A stretch of DNA of 64,000 bases from a virus (IMGVR_UViG_3300019487_000023:8850-72849), one strand, 5' to 3'. Positions 55,359 to 64,000 are shown, counted from the first letter of the stretch. The notes: generated by a model not told the origin, from the letters alone. Program-made: numbers and translations.

Positions 55359-55874
55359 ATGGATAATGAAACTGCGATTGCGGTAATGGAACAGCTTAAG
55401 AAAGAACACTTCGAAATTCAAGTAGAGGTTCTTGACGGCGGTAAGATGCCAACAAAGGCACACGCATCAGATGCTGGTTGGGATTTATACGCCACTGAAG
55501 ACATTAAACTTTACCCAGGACAAGTTCTTAAACACCCATTGAATATCAGGCTTGCTTTACCGAAGAGCACTTGGGCAGAGATTACCACTAAGTCTGGACT
55601 CGGTAGCAAAGGTCAACTCGTTTATGCTGGCGTCATCGATCAGGCATATCGTGGAGTTCCGCACGTTGTCATGACGAATGTCTGGATCATCCAAGAGATT
55701 GACCCAGAGGGTTTCCCATTGATGCGCACTGATCCCCTTGTAATCAAGAAGGGCGAGAAAGTAGCTCAACTTATCATGAATCCATACTCTGACAATTTCT
55801 ATATGGTCCAGGTCGACCAAGTTGACTCCAATACTGATAGAGGCGCTGGTGGATTTGGATCCAGCGGCAAATAA
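55359..55874 (+). CDS. dut: Trimeric dUTPase
   Basis: SDAGWDLY; TTKSGLG; GVIDQAYRG; KVAQLI; RGAGGFGSSG. Start at 55359 (GGAG SD) or 55347 (leaderless), not 55119. Confidence 0.92.
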   Translation: MDNETAIAVMEQLKKEHFEIQVEVLDGGKMPTKAHASDAGWDLYATEDIKLYPGQVLKHPLNIRLALPKSTWAEITTKSGLGSKGQLVYAGVIDQAYRGVPHVVMTNVWIIQEIDPEGFPLMRTDPLVIKKGEKVAQLIMNPYSDNFYMVQVDQVDSNTDRGAGGFGSSGK

Positions 55875-56302
55875 TGGGACCATACACGATGAATGAGCTT
55901 CTACAGGAAGCTTTCAGAGACTATAAGATCATAGATTTATCGGTAGAGCATGTCTACCATAATTCTCCAATTTTCGTTATGGGAAACCAAAGTCCAGTGG
56001 CTCAATCTGGGCACCATGAGATTAAGTTAGAGCTCACTATCGTGGGGCCTCACGCAAGTATTAAGAAATTTAACGAAATGTTCAATACTGCTCGCTGTCT
56101 GTCCGTTACGGACAATACTCCTTATCCCTACTATTTCCAGCCAGATGATCCGATGAAAGATGTCGGTCGTTATGACATTGCATATCAACTTTTGGATATG
56201 GATGCATTCATGGAAGAACTTCAAGATTACGAATACAAACTTTATAGTAAAGAGTTTGACAAGCTTATGGAGAAAGAATTAGATGCTAGTGATTCAGAGT
56301 GA
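55874..56302 (+). CDS. Hypothetical protein (about 137-142 aa)
   Basis: Coupled ORF. Confidence 0.75.
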   Translation: MGPYTMNELLQEAFRDYKIIDLSVEHVYHNSPIFVMGNQSPVAQSGHHEIKLELTIVGPHASIKKFNEMFNTARCLSVTDNTPYPYYFQPDDPMKDVGRYDIAYQLLDMDAFMEELQDYEYKLYSKEFDKLMEKELDASDSE

Positions 56303-56711
56303 CAACCCAGCATTCTTTGATGTTGATGAGACTCTAGTTTTGTGGGATTACCCAGCAGAAAGAGAATCAGAGGTTATTCATATCCAGATCCCAGGCAACC
56401 CAATTGCCGGGAAGGTGGTCCCTCATCACCGTCATATCGAGATGGTGAAGCGTCATAAGGCGTGGGGAAACGGTGTAGTTGTGTGGTCACGCTCAGGTTT
56501 TGCTTGGGCTAAGGCTGTAGTTGAGGCATTAGGGTTAGAACCTTATGTTGATGCTGTAGCTTGTAAACCTATGTACTACTATGATGATCGTAAGTGTTGT
56601 CAATTTATGAAGGAACATCATTACCACGAAGACCGCGTTCCTGAGTATAATGCAGGCAATGGACAATCTAGCGACCCTATTCAAAACCAATGTTCGCATT
56701 CAAAACCTTGA
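56283..56711 (+). CDS. HAD-superfamily phosphatase-like protein
   Basis: FFDVDETL (motif I); VVWSRSG (II); KP...YDD (III/IV). Confidence 0.75.
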   Translation: MLVIQSDNPAFFDVDETLVLWDYPAERESEVIHIQIPGNPIAGKVVPHHRHIEMVKRHKAWGNGVVVWSRSGFAWAKAVVEALGLEPYVDAVACKPMYYYDDRKCCQFMKEHHYHEDRVPEYNAGNGQSSDPIQNQCSHSKP

Positions 56712-57420
56712 CCCAATGGATAAGGATGCAGTCTGGCCGAAGAACACGGAAATCTGCATTACGAGGATCCCAATCCGCAAACGTGACGGATGGGACCCAG
56801 AACAGTTTGCTGAGTTCGCTAAGCGACTTAAGAATCACGTAGTCCAAAACGGAATCGTCTTCCTTATCTGTTACGCCCCCATCGAAGCTAAAGCCCGTCC
56901 TTTTGAAGTTGCTAAGATCATGGCTGATAGCGGTTTCACCCACATAGATAACATCATAGTTCAGAAGACCTGGTTTCCTGGCAAACGCTCAGAGACCAAT
57001 CTTGTCAACTCCCACGAGTACGTTTTGCATTTCTGCAACGGCGATGTATGGAAACTGGACCGTTTACCAGTAAGGGAGTATCTCGAAATTCAGGATGAGG
57101 TTACCTGTCCAGGCAACACATGGGAGATTGAGACCGGTTCGCTAGACGAGTCTTATCCTGTAGATCTTGCTGAACTACTAATCAGAATGACTGATTGTCT
57201 TCCAGGTTCAGTGATCTTTGATCCGTATTGTGGCGGAACAGGATCTTTACGGGCATCGATGAAGTTAGGTCATAGTTTTTACGGCTTTGAAAAAGATACA
57301 AAGCAGATGAAGAAGTACGAAAAGGTTATTAAGGAACTAGATAAGGAGACCGTCGATGAGCCAACTCCAAAGCGCAATAAATCAAAGAGTAAACGAAATG
57401 ATAGCGGAGAACAGGACTGA
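56659..57420 (+). CDS. N4/N6 DNA methyltransferase-like protein (beta class) with a degenerate catalytic motif
   Basis: SAM motif IFDPYCGGTGS...GHSFYGFE present; TRIP stands where (D/S)PP(Y/F) is expected. Start 56659 is 7 nt after TATAAT. Confidence 0.75.
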   Translation: MDNLATLFKTNVRIQNLDPMDKDAVWPKNTEICITRIPIRKRDGWDPEQFAEFAKRLKNHVVQNGIVFLICYAPIEAKARPFEVAKIMADSGFTHIDNIIVQKTWFPGKRSETNLVNSHEYVLHFCNGDVWKLDRLPVREYLEIQDEVTCPGNTWEIETGSLDESYPVDLAELLIRMTDCLPGSVIFDPYCGGTGSLRASMKLGHSFYGFEKDTKQMKKYEKVIKELDKETVDEPTPKRNKSKSKRNDSGEQD

Positions 57421-57946
57421 AGAGGATCCGTTTACGGTGGTACGCACTATGGAAGTTGATGATTTATTTGCACCTAATGTTTTGAACTTTTCTCCAAAGA
57501 CATACCGAGCTCTAAGTCACAAGACTCAGAATTTGCTGTATCAGTGGAATGAACCTACCAGCCCATTAATTCCACTCGTTGAGTTTCTTGCGAAATTGAA
57601 ATTGAAGACAGCAAAGGCAGCTATTGAACAAGGGCAATTTACGTATATACGTAGAGCAGCCCCAGTGGAATTCTATGGTTGCACTGTAAGTGAAGATAAG
57701 GTTCAAGAAGCTACTGACGCCATGATAGCATTTTTGAATGATGTTGGCGACAAAGGTTATATCTTAGCGACTTTATTTTCTCTTGGTAAACTTACATTAG
57801 CTACTAAACCCGGCACACCAAAGCAATATGCCCTGTTTTCCTACTTTGTGGTGGACCCTAAGGGTCAAACATATGTTGATACTACATATCAAAAGTTTAG
57901 CTTTCAAGAAGGCGCAGTACCTGCAGCATACGAGGACATTAAATGA
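57398..57946 (+). CDS. Hypothetical protein (about 182 aa)
   Basis: Track ORF 57356-57946; start uncertain. Confidence 0.7.
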   Translation: MIAENRTEEDPFTVVRTMEVDDLFAPNVLNFSPKTYRALSHKTQNLLYQWNEPTSPLIPLVEFLAKLKLKTAKAAIEQGQFTYIRRAAPVEFYGCTVSEDKVQEATDAMIAFLNDVGDKGYILATLFSLGKLTLATKPGTPKQYALFSYFVVDPKGQTYVDTTYQKFSFQEGAVPAAYEDIK

Positions 57947-59661
57947 TTTACGAGAAGTCTAAAGCAAAAAGAATCATCGCAGATAAGAAGCTTATTAAGG
58001 GTATTGTTCATAAGACCATCGATGAGATGGCTACTGTAGTTGGTGCAACTCTTGGGCCCGGCGGTCGACCTGTCATTATTGAGCGAGACGGCTTGTCTCC
58101 TCTAATCACAAAAGACGGCGTTACGGTTGCTAAAAATCTTGGCGTTGATCAGGCTGAAGAGAATATCATTATTGAGGCTGCTAAGGAAATCTGTCTAAAT
58201 ACGGCTAAAGAGGCTGGTGACGGTACCACGACTGCTATCGTTCTTGCAAATGCAATCACGAAGCATGGTCTAGAGTTTCTAGAGAATAGTCCTAAATATA
58301 ATCCTCAGCGTATGGTGACTGAACTTCAGGAACTATATGACAAGGTCGTTATCCCATTTTTAAAGACACACGCTAAAGCTGTCAAGACCCGCGAAGAGCT
58401 CATTCATGTTGCTAAGATCTCTGCTAACGGTGATCAGAAGATCGCAGAGGCAGTTGTTGAAGCTGTTATGGCTGCAGGTGAAGACGGAACTGTTCTTCTT
58501 GAGGAAGCTCAAGGTTCTCAGTTGCGCGTCGAGACAATCGATGGGTATGTGGTAACTTCTGGCTTGAAAGATATCGGTCAGGTTGGACCTGCATTCATCA
58601 ACGATCGTGCCAATCAGCAAGCGAAGATGGACAACGGCTTGATCTTCCTATATGATGGTTCCATGAACGATCTTAAGGTTCCAGGCGTTATTCAGACTGC
58701 TGTCGAGAATACAGACCATTTCGGGAAACCGATCATTGTGTTGGCTCACGCCTTCTCTGATGTTGTTCTAGAGAGGTTTGCAAAGTCTACTAAAGGCGGT
58801 TACACTGTAGTTCCTGTTAAGACCCCAATGGCCGGCGTTGCAAATTCGCGCTCAATGTTCCTACAAGACATGGCAGCATATACCGGTGGGAAGGTTTATG
58901 ATCCAGGCAATATCGATCAGATGGTGAATGAAGACGAAGAGGAAGGATTCGGAGTATTTCAATCTGCAAAGGTTGGCATGTACGAGTGTTTCTTGAATTG
59001 CGTATCAGAAGCCGATCACATCGATGGTCGCGTTGCTGAGTTGAAGTCTTTGTTACTCGCAGCTCCTAGTGAATTTGATAAGATGCATATCAGGGCCGCA
59101 ATCGGTAAACTAACTGGCGGGATCTCCACCATTTGGGTTGGAGCAGCCTCTGAACTTGAAGCTCGCGAAAAGAAAGCTCGCGTTGAGGACGCTGTTGAGG
59201 CTGTTCGTTCTGCTATTGCGGAGGGAATTGTCCCTGGTGGTTGCGGTGTTCACCTTGTTCTATCAGATATGCTATTGCGTCACCCAGAAGCAAAACCTTC
59301 TTGGAGCATTATGGCTAAGGCCCTTCGTGCACCTTTCGAGATGCTACTTTCGAATTGTGGTGAAGATATTAATGATATTTGGGGGGCGCTAGATCAATAT
59401 GTGCTTGGAAAAGATGAGCCACCTAAGGTTATCTTTGATGCCAATCAGCACCTCATGGTTGATCCCATGGAAGTTGGCATTATCGAACCTGCGAAGGTTT
59501 GCCGTGTAAGTATCGGAAATGCGCTCTCTGTTGCATCCCTACTAATCACTGTCGGAGGTATCGTTGTTGTTCCTCGTGATGCTGGTCTTGAAAATCAGCT
59601 TGCAATGAGCAAGCAGGCTTTTAGGGACATGATGAGTGGTGGAGGTGTTGGTGCCGAATAA
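57943..59661 (+). CDS. groEL: Phage-encoded GroEL-like chaperonin (572 aa)
   Basis: TLGPGG; ITKDGVTVAK; AGDGTTTA; ISANGD; RVEDAVEAVRSAIAEGIVPGGC; IIEPAKV. Confidence 0.93.
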   Translation: MIYEKSKAKRIIADKKLIKGIVHKTIDEMATVVGATLGPGGRPVIIERDGLSPLITKDGVTVAKNLGVDQAEENIIIEAAKEICLNTAKEAGDGTTTAIVLANAITKHGLEFLENSPKYNPQRMVTELQELYDKVVIPFLKTHAKAVKTREELIHVAKISANGDQKIAEAVVEAVMAAGEDGTVLLEEAQGSQLRVETIDGYVVTSGLKDIGQVGPAFINDRANQQAKMDNGLIFLYDGSMNDLKVPGVIQTAVENTDHFGKPIIVLAHAFSDVVLERFAKSTKGGYTVVPVKTPMAGVANSRSMFLQDMAAYTGGKVYDPGNIDQMVNEDEEEGFGVFQSAKVGMYECFLNCVSEADHIDGRVAELKSLLLAAPSEFDKMHIRAAIGKLTGGISTIWVGAASELEAREKKARVEDAVEAVRSAIAEGIVPGGCGVHLVLSDMLLRHPEAKPSWSIMAKALRAPFEMLLSNCGEDINDIWGALDQYVLGKDEPPKVIFDANQHLMVDPMEVGIIEPAKVCRVSIGNALSVASLLITVGGIVVVPRDAGLENQLAMSKQAFRDMMSGGGVGAE

Positions 59662-60121
59662 GTATGCTGACTATAACAAGACGTGGAAAGAAAACAACAA
59701 AGACCGTGAATTGGATAATTGTAGGCGTTGGGCCAAAGAAAACTTAGAACATAGAAGACAATATAAAAGATTGTTGCACCAAAAACAGATGCAAGATCCA
59801 AATTATAGACTTAAAAGAATATTAAGAAATAGATTTTATAAAGTTATAAGTGGTCGCTCTAAGGTACAGTCAGTTTTATGTTATATAGGGTGCACTGTCG
59901 ATGAACTAAGGGTTCATCTAGAAAAACAATTCGTTGATGACATGTCATGGGACAATCATGGCAGCTATTGGCACGTAGACCATGTCGTGCCGCTAACGTT
60001 ATTTGATCATTCGAACCAAGATGAAACAGCCAAAGCGTGGCATTTTTCTAATTTACAGCCATTAAAAGCGTTAGATAATCTTCGTAAGGGCAGTAAGGTT
60101 TATTTATGTGGGATAAAGTAA
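59636..60121 (+). CDS. HNH homing endonuclease (same family as 18024 and 61176)
   Basis: IGCTVDELRVHLEKQFVDDMSWDNHGSYWHVDHVVPL...NLQPL. Confidence 0.85.
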   Translation: MVEVLVPNKYADYNKTWKENNKDRELDNCRRWAKENLEHRRQYKRLLHQKQMQDPNYRLKRILRNRFYKVISGRSKVQSVLCYIGCTVDELRVHLEKQFVDDMSWDNHGSYWHVDHVVPLTLFDHSNQDETAKAWHFSNLQPLKALDNLRKGSKVYLCGIK

Positions 60122-60816
60122 AAACCTTCGTTGAAGGAAGCAAGGTAGCACAATTCGTACTTGTACTCCTTTTGGGAGTAGCGATTGGGGCCATCTTTTA
60201 TCCCACAAAGCGCATTGAAGAACGTGAGAAGTCTCGTTACGAAGAGCAATTGAAAATTACGAAAGAAGCCAACGAGAAGGAAGTTAAGCAACTCAATGAG
60301 AGGCTTGATAAGTCAGTAGAAGAAACTAAACAAGTTAGACAAGAGTCTGAAACTAAAATCTCTAAGCTTACTACTCAGGTTCATGATTTACAATCTAAGC
60401 AGAAGACCTCTTACTACAAACTTGTAAAGCCCGATGGTACTGTTGAGATTAAGAAGTACTCTGAATCTGAAGTAACAGAGTCTACAAAGGTAATCACACA
60501 GATTCAAGAAGAGTTTAAGACAAAGATTGAATCTATTGAAACCAAATGGGAAACTCTACATAAGGAACGCGTTGAGACTCTTCAAAAGGAATGGTCTTCA
60601 AAAGAGCAAACCTATCAAACAAAGATTGCTGAGCTAGAGAAATCAAAGGTCACTGAGATCAATCAGAAGAAATTTGGACTAGAAGCTGGTTTGATGTCTA
60701 ACCTAAACTATTATGGTCACTTCAATGCTGATATCTTTGGTCCGATCTTTATCGGTGGTCAAGCAGAATTTGGTCCTGCACCAGCATTTGGATTGGGCCT
60801 CGGAATTCGATTCTAG
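60106..60816 (+). CDS. Membrane-anchored coiled-coil protein with four C-terminal beta-strands (spanin-like); TAG stop
   Basis: N-terminal TM VAQFVLVLLLGVAIGAIFY; long Glu/Lys coiled coil; C-terminus ...AFGLGLGIRF. Confidence 0.7.
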   Translation: MWDKVKTFVEGSKVAQFVLVLLLGVAIGAIFYPTKRIEEREKSRYEEQLKITKEANEKEVKQLNERLDKSVEETKQVRQESETKISKLTTQVHDLQSKQKTSYYKLVKPDGTVEIKKYSESEVTESTKVITQIQEEFKTKIESIETKWETLHKERVETLQKEWSSKEQTYQTKIAELEKSKVTEINQKKFGLEAGLMSNLNYYGHFNADIFGPIFIGGQAEFGPAPAFGLGLGIRF

Positions 60817-60828
60817 TATAATAGAGTC

Positions 60829-61179
60829 ATGCCTAAGTATAAATTCAAGTGTCCTGCCTGCAATGAAGAACGCGAGAAGTATACCTCTAAGGACATAGAG
60901 GAAGTACCTTGTCACAAATGCGAAGGGCAACCTATGTTTCGCCAATTGCCTACAATCACCGGCCAAGAAGTACGGGAAACTGTAGACCCTATCCTTAATA
61001 CTAAGTGGAAACAAGATCACAAGCAGATCATCAAGGATCGCCATGATGATCACTATTGGGAAGTCGAGGTTCCTCGTCTTGTCCAAAAGTACTCTGTCGA
61101 AACCTGTTTAGAGCAACAGTGGCTCATTTATAACGAAAAGGGCGAACTGGTCATCAATAAACCACCAAAAAAACGATGA
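60829..61179 (+). CDS. Zinc-ribbon protein (FmdB-like N-terminus)
   Basis: MPKYKFKCPAC...CHKC. Confidence 0.75.
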   Translation: MPKYKFKCPACNEEREKYTSKDIEEVPCHKCEGQPMFRQLPTITGQEVRETVDPILNTKWKQDHKQIIKDRHDDHYWEVEVPRLVQKYSVETCLEQQWLIYNEKGELVINKPPKKR

Positions 61180-61682
61180 AAAGCTTTTATTCATTAGGAA
61201 AACTGTGCACTTGTGGCGCAAGATTAGCAAACCAAAATAAAACTAATCTTTGCAGAAAATGTTATATGTTAATTTATAATGAAAAACACAAAAATGTTAT
61301 GAAGTTGTATTATAAAGAAAAATATCAACTTAATAAACACGACATTAATAAGCATAAAAAGTGGCTATATCAAAACAATGTCCAATTTAAGCTTAAAGAT
61401 AATCTTCGTCGTAGGTTGCGAAGTTGCATAAAGGGTAAAAAGGTCGGCTCAGCTGTAAAAAATTTAGGTTGCACTGTTCAAGAACTTAAAATTTATTTAG
61501 AATCCAAGTTTCAATCAGGGATGACCTGGGAGAATCATGGTAAGTTTGGGTGGCACATTGATCATGTTAGGCCACTTTCTGAATTTGATTTAACGGACAC
61601 TGAACAGCTAAAAGAAGCGTGTCACTACACTAATCTTCAGCCGTTGTGGTGGCAAGATAATTTAAGTAAAAGCAATTTATGA
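61176..61682 (+). CDS. HNH homing endonuclease (same family as 18024 and 59636)
   Basis: LGCTVQELKIYLESKFQSGMTWENHGKFGWHIDHVRPL...NLQPLW; very AT-rich. Confidence 0.87.
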   Translation: MKSFYSLGKLCTCGARLANQNKTNLCRKCYMLIYNEKHKNVMKLYYKEKYQLNKHDINKHKKWLYQNNVQFKLKDNLRRRLRSCIKGKKVGSAVKNLGCTVQELKIYLESKFQSGMTWENHGKFGWHIDHVRPLSEFDLTDTEQLKEACHYTNLQPLWWQDNLSKSNL

Positions 61683-63421
61683 GAGTAAAGTCAATCGAAA
61701 TTAAAGACATTTTGAGTATTAAGGACTTCAGGCTTGACTTTACAGATTCTGGTCTTGTGCTCGTTGAAGGGTGGAACTATGATGCCAACCGCGCTAATGG
61801 TGCTGGAAAGACTGCTATCTTTAATTCCCTTTCTTTTGGCCTCTTTGATAAGATGCCTCGTAAGATCACGTCCAGTCAAATCCTTCGCCGCGGTGCTAAA
61901 AGCGGTACGGTCACTGTTGAACTTGAGTCTGGAGGAGATCTTTATAAGGTCATCCGTCATAGACCAAAAGGTGTTGAGTTCTACAAAAATGGCATCAAGC
62001 AAGAAATCACGCAAGAAGAATGGGAAAGCAAGCTCCGCATGAACTATGACCAGTTCTTGCTAACCCTTTATAACGCCCAGATCACTGTTGGTGGTTTGTC
62101 TCCGCGTTTCTTGTTGGTGAATGATTCAGATAAGAAGGCCTTCTTATTACAGCTTCTTAATCTCGCCCACTTCAGTTCCTGCAAGAAAAAGGCGGATGAA
62201 GCAGTGTCAAGGTTTGAAGCAGCTGTTTCTGCAGATCTAAATTCTATTTCTTCCACGCAATCCAAGATTGAAGCATACTCTGAATCAATGGTAGATGCAT
62301 TTGAAACTTCTAATACTATTAAGGAATTAGAGCTCGATATTGCATACATGATGGATGAAATTACAGAGCTCTCTAATACCCAAAAACCAGATGTCTCTAA
62401 GTATCAGAGAATTGAAGACGGTCTCCGTGCAAAGATTTCTGCATTCGATACGGCTAAGGCACGTCGTTCTGTGTTACATGATAATTACCGCAAGCAAAAT
62501 GCAAAGCTTCATCCTTTTGATGGTGCAGCACAGTGTCTTGAGTGCGGCACTACTCTTGATATTCAGGATGCTATGCAGGCTCATGAGCAGCAGCAGGACA
62601 AGATTCGCGCAGAAGCCTCTTTGACAAAAGTTTTGATCGACGAATGTGATGCACTTCTAGCAAATGAAAATGAAGTACTAGAACTTCTTCGTAAGTTGAA
62701 GATCAAGAAAAATCAAGAAACTGCAGAGTACGATACTGCACATGCCAGGATTCTAGAACTTAACTCTTCTCTTAGAATTAAGCAAAACTTGAAAGAAAGT
62801 GCTGTATTAAAACTTGCTAAAAATCAAGACTTAGTTAACAAGGTTAAAGACTTAGAAACTACGTGCCAAAAACTCCGTGACGCAATAGCCTTGAATAAAC
62901 GCAATATTGAGCTTTACAAAACCGTAGTTGCACTGTATTCACCTACAGGTGCTCAGGCCTATGTTCTTGATTCTGTTATTGATTGTTTCAATGAAACAGT
63001 AAAAGAATACATTGATATCGTGTGGCCAAACGCCTCTTACACCCTCAACTCCTATAAAGAGAACGTTCGTGGAGATGTGGTTGCAAAATTCTCTGAAACC
63101 CTCGTTATGAACGGTGAAGAAGTCTCTATTGGTTCCCTCTCTGGCGGTGAGTTTAAGGCATTGTCCCTATGCGTTGATTTCGCGATGCTAGACGTCCTAG
63201 AGAAGCAATTTGGCATCTCGTTAAACCCTGTCATCCTTGATGAGCCGTTTGATGGCCTAGATGCTGTAGGGCGTGAATTAGTGGTTGATTTGCTCACCAA
63301 ACTCTCTGTTGACCGTCAAATCTTTGTGGTTGATCATGCTAGTGAGGTCCGTGCTTCGTTTAGTCAATGCATAAAGGCAGAAAAAAGAGATGGCATATCT
63401 ACGTTTGATATGACCATTTAA
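61679..63421 (+). CDS. SbcC/Rad50/gp46-like SMC ATPase
   Basis: Walker A NGAGKT; coiled coil with CLEC hook; LSGGE; ILDEPFDGLD; VDH. Confidence 0.92.
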   Translation: MRVKSIEIKDILSIKDFRLDFTDSGLVLVEGWNYDANRANGAGKTAIFNSLSFGLFDKMPRKITSSQILRRGAKSGTVTVELESGGDLYKVIRHRPKGVEFYKNGIKQEITQEEWESKLRMNYDQFLLTLYNAQITVGGLSPRFLLVNDSDKKAFLLQLLNLAHFSSCKKKADEAVSRFEAAVSADLNSISSTQSKIEAYSESMVDAFETSNTIKELELDIAYMMDEITELSNTQKPDVSKYQRIEDGLRAKISAFDTAKARRSVLHDNYRKQNAKLHPFDGAAQCLECGTTLDIQDAMQAHEQQQDKIRAEASLTKVLIDECDALLANENEVLELLRKLKIKKNQETAEYDTAHARILELNSSLRIKQNLKESAVLKLAKNQDLVNKVKDLETTCQKLRDAIALNKRNIELYKTVVALYSPTGAQAYVLDSVIDCFNETVKEYIDIVWPNASYTLNSYKENVRGDVVAKFSETLVMNGEEVSIGSLSGGEFKALSLCVDFAMLDVLEKQFGISLNPVILDEPFDGLDAVGRELVVDLLTKLSVDRQIFVVDHASEVRASFSQCIKAEKRDGISTFDMTI

Positions 63422-63998
63422 AACTTTTATAGTGGGCGATTTTACCCTTGCAACTCTGCACAATTCCAGAATTAATAAAGCGTTTATCGGCCCCCGCATG
63501 AGTTAAGTGAAGGATTTCGCCGGTTTTAATGTGAACACCTAGGACAGGCCGTCTTTTTGAGAGATTTAATTTTTTGATGTGGTTTTGGGTTTTTGGACTA
63601 TTTTGTTGAGCAATAGACATGTTGCGTTTTTGTTCTGCGGTCGCAAGCAAACCCTTATTGCTTGGACTTTTGTAAACTCTATTTGCGCTAATTTTTAATT
63701 TAGTTTCTGGACTGTGTGTTCTGCCAAGAGTGTTTCCGGCAGTTTTACATAAGTTATAGCCAATATTTGGCAAATAGCTTTTATATAGATCTAAATAGTG
63801 TTGTTCTTTTTCGAGACATTGTTCTGGTTCACAAAGCTCTAATATTTCTAACTTAAAAACTGATAGTCCATGCTTTGTGGCTGCATTTTGTAGATGCTTA
63901 TTGACATGCCTTTGATTTTTAAGTGCACTTTTATGTTGGTACCATCGATCAACGATACCGCGCCTACTAGCAGAACTTCCAATGTATATTTTGTTGTT
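63399..63998 (-). CDS. GIY-YIG homing endonuclease with NUMOD3-type repeat, 5'-partial
   Basis: The frame of track ORF 63399-63773 stays open to the edge: NNKIYIGSS...RWYQH...NKHLQNA...ILE...EKEQHYLD...GYN...GRTHSPETKLKIS. Confidence 0.88.
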   Translation of the reverse strand, partial: NNKIYIGSSASRRGIVDRWYQHKSALKNQRHVNKHLQNAATKHGLSVFKLEILELCEPEQCLEKEQHYLDLYKSYLPNIGYNLCKTAGNTLGRTHSPETKLKISANRVYKSPSNKGLLATAEQKRNMSIAQQNSPKTQNHIKKLNLSKRRPVLGVHIKTGEILHLTHAGADKRFINSGIVQSCKGKIAHYKSFKWSYQT

Positions 63999-64000
63999 TG

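Noticed and set aside
14849-63998. Endonuclease genes as group I intron ORFs or inteins
   Set aside because: Flanking genes have natural termini and are not split; no intein motifs were noticed in the helicases or the SbcC-like gene.
1-64000. Genome-wide TAG recoding (code 15)
   Set aside because: Long genes are uninterrupted under the standard code, and several ORFs end naturally at TAG.

Overview
A 64 kb segment of a large (probably jumbo) contractile-tailed dsDNA bacteriophage, with no host-chromosome or CRISPR signal. The layout has four parts. (1) 1-6.9 kb is an accessory region of small ORFs on both strands, with a paralog pair, a 17-bp repeated motif and an HNH gene. (2) 7.0-47.8 kb is a + strand virion module: neck, Nudix protein, sheath, three tail-tube paralogs, chaperones, tape measure, hub/spike, a 2,363-aa baseplate-J-like protein and a mosaic tail-fibre cluster. 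(3) 48-52 kb holds primase, DnaB-like helicase and an SF2 helicase. (4) 52-64 kb holds endolysin, a Pth2-like protein, a tRNA with a CUA (amber-reading) anticodon, a Coq7-like diiron protein, dUTPase, HAD, a methyltransferase-like protein, a GroEL-like chaperonin, a spanin-like protein and an SbcC/Rad50-like ATPase. Seven AT-rich free-standing homing endonuclease genes and one remnant are scattered through the window. Strongest leads: the amber suppressor tRNA in an otherwise standard-code genome; a membrane-spanning spanin-like gene whose rare TAG stop is in frame with the next gene; a 55-aa protein that copies the tail-sheath N-terminal arm; and pervasive leaderless TATAAT promoters. All product calls come from motifs read by eye; no database searches were run.
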